Below the pieces are notes generated by a model. It saw nothing but the letters and a program-made list of their open reading frames with translations, was not told where the DNA came from and searched no databases. Positions 13,685-26,700 of a stretch of 64,000 nucleotides of DNA are shown here, in pieces. Each line of letters begins with the position of its first letter. Position 1 is the stretch's first letter. The position numbers and the translations under genes were made by a program. The DNA comes from Bugula neritina (taxonomy: Eukaryota; Animalia; Bryozoa): contig OZ037768.1 of the NCBI GenBank assembly GCA_964035545.1, forward strand, positions 23,407,319 through 23,471,318, in the 5' to 3' direction.

Positions 13685-13809
13685 CAAAGTGAAATTGCAT
13701 GTTGTACATGGCAAAGTGAAATTGCATGTTGTAGATGGCAAAGTGAAATTGCATGTTGTACATGGCAAAGTGAAACTGCATGCTGTAGATGGCAAAGTGA
13801 AACTGCATG
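13685..13809. repeat. 27-bp tandem repeat (~4.5 copies)
   Basis: Unit AAAGTGAAATTGCATGTTGTACATGGC. Confidence 0.9.
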
Positions 13810-13915
13810 ACTAGAATTTTACTGAAGTGTGCAAATATTTCATTCTTATTTAATTTCAGTTATAATAATAATAAAGCTGTAGCTCCTGGGTTTCGGTGTG
13901 TTAAGGTGAGAGAAA

Positions 13916-14056
<141 letters not shown>

Positions 14057-16048
14057 ATGCCTTATTTCTTGAAGAATTTCATGTATAAATCATAATTTCA
14101 CAGTTCCATGATTTCCAATACACTCGTAAATTTGTAATTTTATGCATGGTGTGTGAACCGGCATACCAAACAATTACCAAAATTAAACATAAATAATTTT
14201 AGGAGAAGGAAATGCTTGACAGTACTCTAGTTCTCATGTCATTTAGCTGAGGTGCAACAACTACACCTCATAGCAGTAAGGGACGCTGATGACATAGCCC
14301 TATAGTAGTATTGTAGCCTTATAGCAGTATCAGAGCCCAGGTTGGGAAGTTGTGCAGGCCAGTGTTGGCTCAGTTTACGCACAGTCTGTGGTAGCCCTCA
14401 TGCTATGCTTTCAGGATTATGGTTTTGGTACGTCTACAATAAACAGGATAACAGGTTTCAGTATTTTTGTTTATTATAGTGATTCAAGATACAAATTTTG
14501 ACACTATATAGAAAATATTTACTATAAAAAGCAGCTTTTTTGCAAATGCAAAATATTTTCAAAAATATATTTAAAAAAATATTTTTGAATTTTGTTAACG
14601 AGTGGTATTCAGGATAATATGGCTATAGAAAATGATATAAAAGAATATAAAATAGCATAAGATGTGCAGGCAAAATAATTTATATGTTTTGATCAAAGTT
14701 TTCACTTGCTAATTCTATTCTTATATAGTTGCTGTTCAACTTTTTTTATTTTGTAAAACATGTATATATAGCATAGTTGCATTGCATACTGCAAACTGGG
14801 AAGAGAGAGTTAACATTGTTATTTACAATAAACAGATAAAATAACTAGTACTATGTATGATAAAAGCTCAGTTATGATTGGTTTATGTGAGCTCAGTTAT
14901 AATTGGTCTACTAAAATAAGAGACACAGAATTTAACACTGATATAAACTCAACTATTGATGTGGCTAAATGAAAAGTTTTAGTTGTTAGTGAATGCATTA
15001 TACTCTATTTACTATGGCTACTTTATGTGAGAAAAAAAGCAGCTATAATAGATAATTTTGTAAAGTCAACCAGTTTGGTTTTTGTTTCGTAAGCAAAAAA
15101 TATCAGCGGAAAATGTAATAATTCCTCCGGTTTGGTGAAAATTCAACACAATCTTAGGCATTCTTTGCATTATCTATCATACACTAATCCTTTCCATAAA
15201 ATAGGGACATGCAAACAAAAGAACTTCTGTCAACCCAACGGCTTTCCTATCTAAAGCCGATAAATGTCTGATGAATGAGGAAATAATCGAACTAATGAGT
15301 TTTGGTGTTGATCACAGGTTGGTGCAACAGTCCACCTACGAGCTTGCGGCACTTAATAGATGCCGTTAACTGACATAAAGTATTAGAGGATTAAATAACC
15401 ATTAAAAATTATTACTTTTAAGTAAAGTACAGTAAAATCCTTCAAATTTAAAAATTTTTAACCAAATCTTTTTTTAAATAAAAATAATAAGAGTTGTATC
15501 ATGTCTCAGTTATGTCTAGTCCTGTATTAAAAAGTTTCTCCATACGTTTGTTTATTTCCTGACATTTAGCACATAAATTGTAAAAGTCAATTATAATTTG
15601 TTTTTTATTCCAGTTTGAAGCTGAATTTTTTACTGTACCTGTTTGTGTGCTCACAAGGAAGTGAAACCACATGCAAACTAAACACAGTTGGCTTCAGTTC
15701 GAGGAACTCCACGGCACCAACCAACACTTCAGCCAATCTGATTCACTTCAAACTTGGCAGTCTCTCCACTTCCACATCAATTGCAGACATAAATCACGAT
15801 TTCGTTTTGAACTCAGAAATACATTTTTTTCGACCCACATATTTATTGAAGGCACTATATTTATAGTCAATCAAAGGGTTAGCAAATACGTCTTCGTGAA
15901 AACCAGAAGTCCTGTGAATTTTCAACTGATCTGCTATTTCTGTGACCACTTGCAGACAAAGTTGTCTGACTTATTTGATTGTAATACTGGCTGAACTCAT
16001 CTACACTATAATATAATTCTTAATTGTTTAACTACCATTATGTATCTT

Positions 16049-16061
16049 GTGGTGTGTGTGT

Positions 16062-16147
<86 letters not shown>

Positions 16148-16426
16148 GTGTGTGTTGTGTGTGTGGTATGTGTGTGGTATGTGGTGTGTGTGTTGTGTAT
16201 GTTGTGTGTGTGGTATGTGGTGTGTGTGTTGTGTATGTTGTGTGTGTGGTATGTGTGTGGTATGTGGTGTGTGTAGTGTGTGTGGTGTGTGTAGTGTATG
16301 TGTTGTGTGTGTGTAGTGTATGTGTTGTGTGTGTAGTGTATGTTTTGTGTGTGTGTTGTGTATGTGTTGTGTGTGTGGTATGTGTAGTGTATGTGGTGTG
16401 TGGTGTGTGTGTGTTTCTGTGTGTGT
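16049..16426. repeat. Compound (GT)n microsatellite, pure then degenerate
   Basis: Pure GT to ~16145, then gtgtgtggtat/gtgtgttgt variants. Confidence 0.95.
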
Positions 16427-17642
16427 GAGAACATTTTAGCTACTATTACAACAACTATACTATATACACAGCTGAAGTAACTAGGTATTTAAAGGTCAAT
16501 CTCTATCAAGGTCATTATGCAGTTGCTTCAAAAAATAATTTGAAACATGAAATACCCATCTTTATATCGGAGAGTTTTTTTAAATCAGGCCCTTTAGAGT
16601 CAAAGGTGAATCATTGAAACTATTGTCAAAATCTGTTTGATTCGGGTTTCCAGCCACTTACTTTTGACGAGTTATTTTTAGGAAAATCAGTCACTTTCTA
16701 CTGACAGAATAGTTGGTACCGGGATGAACATTGTTTTGAAATCATGACACGTAAGTGCTAAGCACTCGTATACATGACAGCTCATACCTTTGTCTTTCTA
16801 GACAGGAAAAGAAACTTTCTAAACTTGAGGGGAGATTCTAACTTACCAACCACTTCTATTGTTCCTCATCACATTCGAAAGATCTGCTTAACGAATTTCA
16901 TCGTTATTTTAATGGCTCCAATCTGCTGAATATAGCTTTTCTTTTGCGTTGAATAATGATTATGTCATACAGCATGCATTCTATTATAATATTTAGCTTT
17001 ATTTGGCTACCAACGCTGTAAGGCTTTCATGACTGCACTCTGCATATTACATATCTATACACAACAGAATATTGAAATGGAAAGGAAAAATTGGTAACTA
17101 ATGCAAATATCTAGCTCAATAATATCTTTGCTTATGTATTATTAGGTTATATAGAACATATATTTGCAGAATATGAAAACTACTTTAGTTGAAAGATAGA
17201 GAGTCTCATTCTTTCGCACAGGAGAACTTTTAGAAGATCTCCGTGTCTTTTTTTCTAATTAAAAATGCTTGTGATTCACCAACATTATGCAAAACCTGCC
17301 AACTAATAAAACTCGCCATAAAAACTCTATTAAGTTGAAAAAATTAAAATAATTTACGAGATAATCTGGTACTGGCGTTACTCGAGTCACCATGACAACG
17401 ACCTATTTATAGTTGATCCGCGATGATTAACTGTCAATCAACTTGACTGATGACTTTCGTGTCACACTTAGCTCTCTCTCCGTCTTTAAAAATACATAAT
17501 CTGAATCAGTGAAGGTTTAAAGGAGGTTAGACTAAGAATTTTAGCTGTGAGTCATTATAATTTAGTTTGAACTGGCTGAGCCGCCCTCAAACTTATATGA
17601 ACTGAGAGACAATCACAGGCTATGATGTAGGTGCAGTAGTCT

Positions 17643-17714
17643 GTATAAAAGAGACTGACTTCAAGTTTTCCATCATTCCCTTCTACAGGATCACATTGCA
17701 CACTTCTTCTGCAG
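17643..17714 (+). promoter_or_regulatory. TATA box, initiator and non-coding first exon of the Gly/Asn-repeat gene
   Basis: TATAAAA at 17644-17650; Inr-like TCATTC about 25-30 nt downstream (17674); strong donor CAG|GTAAGC at 17714/17715; acceptor TTTGACAG| at 17954 ahead of the ATG exon. Confidence 0.65.
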
Positions 17715-17982
17715 GTAAGCTTTACATACTGAAATAATTTATTATGCTTTTTATTCCAATATTTTACATGTAAATTTATGCTTAAAGTACATTAATTATT
17801 ATATATATACTATATTATATTTTTTAAATATTTTTTTCTATAAAACAATTTTACAAGTTTATAATGTTTTTCTCCACGTATCATTTTATATGTTAAGTTA
17901 CTTTATTTTAAAATGGTATTTTGTAATGTTTAGTGAAATGTTTTTGTTTGACAGTTGGTGTTGAAAAGACTCTATAGAAATC

Positions 17983-19370
17983 ATGAAGTCCATCGTTCTA
18001 GTCTCACTGATGCTGGTTGTAGTGGTTACATGCCGTCCTTCCATACCTACATTCGCCCCTGGTAAGAACTCATGCTATATCTAGATCTTTATATATAAAC
18101 CAACCACTGACAGCTATTCAGCTGTTATTATTATTATTATTATTCATATTTAATGAGATGGGAGTTATGTATTAGAAAAATATATTTTACTAAATATGAA
18201 GGTAAAAAGGTGCTGGACTTAACATATGAAAAGTTAGATGATGGCTGTATTAGACATTTAATTTTTTTAAAATGTAGAATATACTTTCAAAGTTTATTTA
18301 TATAACTCTTTTTTAAGTTTATTTAATTATTTATGCCATTTATGACAAATAATATTATCTTAATAGCAATTAATTAGCGTGTAATCTAACACTGCAAACT
18401 ACACTTGTTCAACATTATGTATTCAATAATTTCTATTAATTATTATAATGCCATCCATAGAATTATATATCAAGGGAAAATGTTTTTGGAAAATCTTTTT
18501 TGTCTTCTGTTAATACAGTGATTATTTGATCAATAATGGTACAACATATCTCTACTTTTAGCTTCAGGAAATGGTAACGATAATGGTAACAACAACAAGG
18601 GTGGCCAACATGGCAACAACAATGGTAACTACAATGCTGGTACTGGATTCGGCAATGACAATGGCAACAATAATGTTGGAAGAAAATTCACCTCTAGCGG
18701 AAATGATAATGGAAACGGCAACTATGGAGAATATGCATACAACGGCAACCACAATGGCAACAGCAATTTCAAAGTTGACAAAGCCGGAAACAGCAATGGC
18801 AATAGCAACAAGGGTAACGGTGCAAACGGTAATGTGAATGGCAACTTCAACTTTGGTTCCGGTGTTCATGGAAACGGAAATGGAAATGAAAATAACGGAC
18901 ACGGATCAAATGGCAATTCCAACGGAAACTCAAACAAACATGGTGTGAATGGAAATGGCAACGGAAATCAAAATGGTGGAAATGGTAACAATGGAAACGA
19001 GAATGGAAACTCCAACCATGGACATGGTTACAGAGGAAATGGTAATGGTAACCAAAACTATGGCTTTGGAAACAACGGAAATGGCAATGGAAACGGCAAT
19101 GGAGGCAGTGGAGATCATGGAAACGGCAATGGTAACGGAAATGTCCACGGTAACAACGGAAACGAGAATGGAAACTACAACTTCGGCTCCGGAAGCAATG
19201 GCAATGGTAACGGAAATAACAACTTTAAAGGAAACAACGGAAACAACAATGGAAACGGTAACAGCGGCGGAGCAAGCAATGGCAATAACAACGGAAACAA
19301 CAACCACGGTGGAAACAATGGCAACAACAATGGAAATGACAATGTCTCATTCCCCAAGGGAAAGCACTAG
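17983..19370 (+). CDS. Secreted Gly/Asn-rich tandem-repeat protein (~295 aa; 19 x GNxNGNxN + linker)
   Basis: Exon 17983-18061 encodes signal peptide-like MKSIVLVSLMLVVVVTCRPSIPTFAP (donor G|GTAAGA); exon 18562-19370 (TTTTAG|, phase 1) continues ASGNGNDNGNNN... in frame with ORF 18834..19370; AATAAA at 19495; synonymous codon variation among repeats indicates protein-level selection. Confidence 0.9.
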
Positions 19371-19619
19371 GTTTATAAAACATTATCTTATTCTGACTAC
19401 AGGCTGATTATAGGCTGACTTTATGCTGAATGTTGTTGAAATACTTTTACTGGACCCAATTCATGTTTTCTGTTAAACTTTAGTTTTGTTATCAAATAAA
19501 TCATATTATATACGTTAATATTTTGCTGGTATTATTTGCATACATCTGGGATAAAAAGCAATATTTCTCTTCACAAGTAACTGCTAAGCAACCTCTAACA
19601 TGATTACGAAGTGATCTGT

Positions 19620-19810
19620 GCATATAGCAAATAGCATAGTGCAGCATAGCAAATAGCATAGTATAGTATGACATAGCATGGCATGGTATAGCATATAGCA
19701 TATAGTACAGCATAGCATAGCAAATAGCATAATATAGCATAGCATGGTATAACAGATAGCGTAATATAGCATAGCATAGCATAGTATAGCATGATATAGT
19801 ACGGCATAAT
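19620..19810. repeat. (ATAGC)n degenerate pentanucleotide repeat
   Basis: Directly visible; explains the spurious MLCYA ORFs. Confidence 0.9.
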
Positions 19811-20709
19811 ATTATCCAATCATTTGCACTATAAATTATATTACATATTGTAGAATTAACTTATAATATAATATTATATTAAACTAATAAGATGAATGCT
19901 GTTATATTCATTATTGCAATACAGGTGTTTGTAAATCTCACTGGTGAACAAAGACAAAGAAATTTTAGGGGCTGAATTAAAGCATTACTTATTTCAACAG
20001 AAAAAAAATTTGAATAAACAGATCTCAAGTGTTTGGGTTTTCCCCAACAAGATACACAACTCCAAGTGAATCGATATTAATGTGGCTTTCTGTATTGGTC
20101 CTGCTATACTACTATGACACCACCTTCGCACACATACACACACCTGCTTCCTAGCACTATATTGTACATGTTATGTTTATAATGTTGTATAACACAAAGA
20201 GGTCAAAATATTTAAAGAGGCACAAATCAAATATAGGTCTCAACACTGACTAATTGAGTATTGAATATTAATAAATCGATGGTTTGCAAATTAGTCTATC
20301 AAAGTTGAACAGAATTTGAAGATTTTTTCATCTATTGTTTTTATAATTAAGTTTATTATAATATTATATACAATGCACTGAAAAATATTCAAGTGTAGAT
20401 TGAGGAAAACTGGTAAATTATACTTCGATTGGAATGTATAAAAGCACATCACAGAAAGCAAAAAACAACAACAAAACAGTGTATAACATGGTATATACAT
20501 AATGCAAAGGGTAATAGCTTTCAAAAGTCAACAAGAGTTTTACTGCAGATCAATATTTAGCTTGATCTGCAGATTACAGTTGCATGCAGATGTGACACAG
20601 ATTACACCTGCTGATATCTTAGAAACACAAAATAGATAAACAACTAGTAGCTAGAGCAGTTCAAAGTTGATAAATATAATTTTTCTGCAGATTGCACGTC
20701 TTTAAAAGT

Positions 20710-23700
20710 TTAATCTGCAGGTTGCACCTGTTCTTCTGCTGAAACTTTTTTACAGATCTCCATTTTACAATTCTCTCCAAGGAGCTCATCAAAAAAGAAT
20801 GCCAACAGCTTGTTTGCCTGAAATACAGAAAGAAAATAAAGAAGAAGGTCCTCCCCCCATGCTTATAGGTATATGCATCAGGGTTTGCTGACTACAGCAA
20901 ATATATCTGCATGTTTTCTGTTGGTTTCTATTTTCCTCAACTACACATTAGTAACATTTGTACCACTGCTTAAAGCTAAATTAATGAGCTATTTTTATAT
21001 CTGTATCATAAATTGTAGCGCATTAATTTATTTACAGCTGAAATATTATTTCATTCTACCAAAAGACAATATACAGGTCTAATTTTTTAAATAAATTACA
21101 TTTTAACACAAAAAAATTTAATACAATAAAATCTAAATAACTTTAATAAATACTGTTATGCAATATATAATATAATATAGTATGTAATAAACAAAGTACT
21201 TATACAATACTATATTAAATAATATTATTATGACAATAACATGTATAAATAAATGCTTACCATATCTAAATTCTTTCCAGCATGAATAAACGTCATGTAA
21301 TTATCTTTATTTTTCCCAATCTTCAGCATTCCACTGTAACATAAGATATGAATAAACTTTCGTATAATATTATGATATTCTTAATTCATGTCTACGTTAT
21401 ATATAGTTTTATATAGAATCATTGAGGAAACAGACTTATTCAACCCAGCATTTAAATTTCCCTCAACAAGATGAATACATAGTTAACTTTAATTACTATG
21501 TTATCGTCAATATATTACTATTAATATATTTACTCCATGTCAAGGTTAACATTTACCCGAAGTGGATTGATGACATCATAAAAAGCAGAAATGACATCAT
21601 CACTAAACTATGTTATATATAGAATCATTGTAGACCACAGTTCATCTACTGATAAGATTACACACAGTATATAAATACACAAATCACGCATGAATCTGTC
21701 AACAGAAAAGAAATATGTCTAACATCCGGATCACTGTGTGACGTCTGAGTGAAGTATTCCCCCCCCAGACACTTACGTTTCTATGATATGCTTGTAAGCT
21801 ATGACGGCGTTGCTGCCCTGCACAGCTAGAACGAGTGCGGGCGAGTTGGAAATCAGAGGTACGAGTTCAAACGAGCCGGCCTTGGAAATATGGAGATAAT
21901 CCTGGGCCTGGTCCTCCGTCAGCCAGATACAGCGAGCCCCACAGATGTCTAGTCTACAGGTATGACAGGAAGAATGTACACTAAGAGTACATTACTGTAT
22001 ACTGGCAGTACGTTACTGTATATTGACAGTATGTTACTGTATATTGACAGTACGTTACTGTATATTGACAGTATGTTACTGTATATTGACAGTACGTTAC
22101 TGTATATTGACAGTATGTTACTGTATATTGACAGTACGTTACTGTATATTGACAGTATGTTACTGTATATTGGCAGTACGTTACTGTATATTGACAGTAC
22201 GTTACTGTATATTGGCAGTACGTTACTGTATATTGACAGTATGTTACTGTATATTGACAGTACGTTACTGTATATTGGCAGTACGTTACTGTATACTAAA
22301 ACTACTAGAAAAAGAGATGACTCACTCCATTGTCTGTAAACAGTCCAACACGTCTGTAAACTTAGCCTGGTGTGTTTCCACATCAATTCTGAGAAGAGGA
22401 AATGTCAAGACTATACAATTAACTTCATTCAGTCTGTTTAAGTTATGGGGATCTACAATATATTGAGAAAAAGTGAGAGAGGGAGAGAGGGAGAGAGGCA
22501 GAGAGGGAGAGAGAGAAGAAATTTGGACTCTCAAAATTGAATTTTAAATATGAGAATAAGTCGTAAAAATAACTTCAACAAAAAAGAACAAGCATACGTT
22601 TTTGGAAATATTACCAGGAGCAGTGAGAACTCGCTCTACAGCCTCTCTCTTATTACAGCTAATGATGTCATCCACGCAGTAAGTAGTTATCCCTTCGGCT
22701 TCTGTATCGATTGTTGGTATGCAGCAGAGACCAGCTTTGAAGAAATGCTTGACGTCTGCTACCGCCGAGTCGTATGAGGTGCTGGCTGCAGACAGATAAC
22801 AAGGAATTATGATATGAAAGAACTGTTTGATATCTTAGACTGAAAACGTATAACACAATAAACTCTAATCCTAAAACTTAACTATAGCACATACAGCCTT
22901 GCTTCAGGCTATAAACTTTTTTAAAATAAAACTATTTTTAATTTGAGTATTTGCTTCGTATGACTTAGTGAAGATAAAATGGGTCACTTTACTCAATTTA
23001 AAGATCTAAAAACTGGAGATTTCCAGCGTGTTCTAAATTAAGTAAAAGGACTCAAATACACTCTAATATGAGTACTAAGTAGATCAGCTGACCGTAGAAG
23101 CCATTTTTCACGAGAGATGTCCCGTATCGAGCCCGCCACGAGTCAGGGTTCAGCTTTTTAGCCATCTCTGGGTCTACGGGTCCTACCAGTTCTAGAAGCT
23201 TCCTCACAGCATTCTCTCTGAAGAGTACCATCACCAGGGAAGAGGCGGAAGTCATGTGATCAATGTCATCTTGCCGCAACTTCTCATTCTACGAAAGTGT
23301 ACAGTTAGTTGTAGTAAATATTTCAAAATTATGAATTCATCTTAAATAGATAGGTTTTATAACACGCATGAATTCGTTGCAATATGCATTCGGTGCTTGT
23401 TATAAAAGGCAATGATATTTTCTCAGTGCTTTTTTTGCAACAAACTTGGACATTGAAAAATAATAGAAATTTTGTAAGTTTCGTGGGAAGGTTGTCGTAT
23501 TCATAAATGGAAGTAGTTGTGTCTAATGCTCAAATTCTGACCCAATAAGTTAGAAACTACGATACTTGAATATATTGGAATATAATATAAACAATAAGCA
23601 GCCCCACTTTTTAGTTTATTAATTAATGGTCATCTATAAATAACCTCCTATAAATAGACATCTATAAATAGACATCTATCAAATTACCAAACTGACGGTC

Positions 23701-26700
23701 TCTGGCTGCATCAACGCTGCCTCAGTTTCTGTGATGGTCACTAAACGCAAAGCAACAAAACAGAAAGACTCTCGGAGCAGCTCCTTGAACAGTCTAGCTA
23801 GATTTCTCTTTGTCATTATGAAGGGCTTAACAACAAGAAGGGTGGTGATAGGCCGCGGCCCCATCTCTAACACCTTGAATATTGACTCCTCCGTGAAGTG
23901 AGTGGCTGAAGGAGGGGTGATAGGCGGAGTTTTGCCTTTCTTCTTTCCCCCTTTTCCTCCGGTTTTCTTGGTTAAAGCACTGCATCATAATTGAAATGAT
24001 CACTACTAACATCATTATCTTAGGTTCCACTGTTGAACTGATAGAAAGGAAAATCGTGAATAATTTCATGTTGAGTTACTACCTTCGTAGCAATTTCCTC
24101 AATTTCTAAATGTAGATGTAATATGCAACAGTTGAAAGTTATCCTCGCATATGATGCAGACGTGAAATAACTTAAATATCAAATCATTCACTTGCCTATC
24201 ATTTATTTCATTATTAAAACTTGTTGACTCAGTTTAAAAAAGACTAAGAGTTATGTTCTTTACGTAGACTTGCCTCTCGTCATCCCAGATGTCTGCAGCT
24301 GGCTTAAACTCATTTCTAAGTGGCGGTAGGTATGGCTTAAGGGGGCGTGAGCAGGAACTATCGGCAAACAGTTCGCGGTCAAAGTAGAACATAGAAAGTA
24401 GTCGGTAAGCGTACTCAGGGGTGGAGGAAACAGTTCTCTTGAGAGGCAGCTGAATTGCCAAAAGGAAATAAACAACAAGAAAATTAAAAGAAGAAACAAC
24501 TTTATCATTAAATTATTCGAAGAAATTTTGTATAAAAGACAGAAATTATGTAAAGCTTATTTTATCATTTTAAAATTTGTAAAACAATCAAAATAGTTTA
24601 TTAAAACTATTTTCTATAAAACATTTATCCTAGTTATTATTTAGTTAAGCAAATCTAAACGAACCTTTAATGGAAATGAATTTTCCTCCAGCATTTCCTT
24701 TAGTCTCACAGAGCAGTTGATTCCCCTGAAGACTGAGACGAGGGCGGGCTCATTCTTCAGCTCCTTCACACTCGACTTGAAGTCATCATGCCGCGACTAA
24801 ACAAATATGAGTCAGTCACATGATATGTGTCAACCAATGAAAAATTGAATCAGTCACATGATTCGTGTCAACCAATGAGAGTTTGAGTATTCTGTCACAG
24901 ATATGCGACAACTAGCCATACTTCTCAATAAAAGTGACAGCAAGATATGTAATTTACTCTTCAATGACAAAAGCTTGAAGCAAATGAGGAAAAACATGCT
25001 TGTCACCTTTCATGCATAAAGCATGTCATACACACATGTGTAGCGTGTCATTTACATACCATATAGGTGTCATACACGATTATATAGTATATAGTATGCA
25101 GACTGTACACTAGGACACCTGTAAAGTGTGTCACAATGTATAGTGTGTCATATAGACCAGAAGTGTCAATGACTCACCTGATATGGTGAGAGCTCTTCAG
25201 CCTGAGCTTCACTCAACGCAGGAATCCATTTTATGCCCAGTAACTCTAAACCTTCTCCCTCCGTGAGATCAGCACTAGATCTGCTGATGGTCACGCCCAG
25301 CGCTTGACCTACAGCCAATCAGAATAATTATATATACAAACTGCGACCTCATTAAAATTGAAATTCAGTATTCATGTGTTTGGATCATGCAGTTCTGTAG
25401 TCAAAGTAGGTTTAATTGAATAAAACATGTACAGCCATTAACTGAGACTTCTCAAGAGCTTCAACTTTTGATTATTGAGGTTAACTTGAAAAAAATTTTC
25501 AAAACAAAAACTAAATGTTTGTAAAAGAACTTTTTTCTCTGACTCTTCAATTGAACTGTTTTGAGGTGAATCAACAGAAATCGGGTTTAGTTGGATGCAA
25601 CGATTTACTCCATTTTGAATTACACGACGCTGTTGACCAAACAATCATCAACAGGAAACAGAAGAAGCAGACGTACTCAGCATGAAAGTAAGTTTAGAGA
25701 AAGACATGTCACGTCCGACTAGAGACATGACAGAGACTTGTTCTAGCTCGGAGTTGTAGTAGAGCTTTGGCGCAATGTATCCGGGCATCACAGGTTGGTT
25801 TCTATCCGGCACCTACAGAATGTGGCAAACTCAGGTTCAACTGTGAAGGGCTGCCACTTAGCATTAGTAAACATTCACTAAGAACAGCGAATTGAAACAG
25901 TATTTTTAAAAATTGGCTTCATTTATTTTGAATCTCCACAACTCAAAGTCACAGGTTGACAAATTATCAAAGACTCAGTTAGCAAGTATCGGCTGGAAGT
26001 TTGAGACACTATTTGTATTAACATAAGTCATTGCTTGAAACTTAACATTTTCAAGTTTAAAAATGCTTAAAGTCTAAACTGGATACATAATTTGCCAAAA
26101 CAATATGACATCTTGAAAGTTTAGCATTAGGAATCTTTTGAGTTAATACTTTGCTAAACTATTCATTTGGACATGCGGTGAAAACTGTAGACTTACTTTT
26201 GAAAAGTCTCCACCCAGACAAGTGAGATAATCGGCATGATAAGGTGTAGAGTAGAAAAAGAGATGATCATCTAGCAGGTTGTGGTTCTCAGCTACATAAA
26301 AGTAAGCCAATGACGTCACATCTAACAGTTCAATAAAAACCTAGTTTCTACAGTTTCTACATATAGTTCAATATAAAACACTGCAGTAACATGTTTCAAG
26401 ACAAAATTTAGGCTGATTAAAAATATTTTGTTAAAGACAAAACTCGATAGGAAATAATTGTGCTGTTCAAATTAGACTGGTCGCACATATTCACTCAAGC
26501 AGGAAAGCCAGACAATTTACAATTGCATTCGTGACAACTAAGAGCAACTGTTCTATATTAAAAACTCATGCAACTTTATGGTCACTATAAATGGAAAGAA
26601 GTATTTAAGTTTTTAAGACTTATTCGTATGACTATGTGGCACAGGAGCAGCTATGACTGGATGCTCTTCCTAACATCACCAATGGCCTTCATTAGGTTTT

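Noticed and set aside
15615-15994. Two overlapping ORFs, one with an H-x4-H zinc-finger-like tail
   Set aside because: No matching Cys pair, no convincing exon chain, no recognisable family.
18564-19407. Overlapping Met/Thr-rich and antisense Val/Ile/Pro-rich ORFs
   Set aside because: Shadow frames of the GGN/AAY codon repeats; only the Gly/Asn frame splices to the signal-peptide exon.
21949-22466. Repetitive ORFs (YSNVLSI / TLLYIDS / YCILTV)
   Set aside because: Products of the 21-bp intronic minisatellite, open in several frames only because the unit is a multiple of 3.
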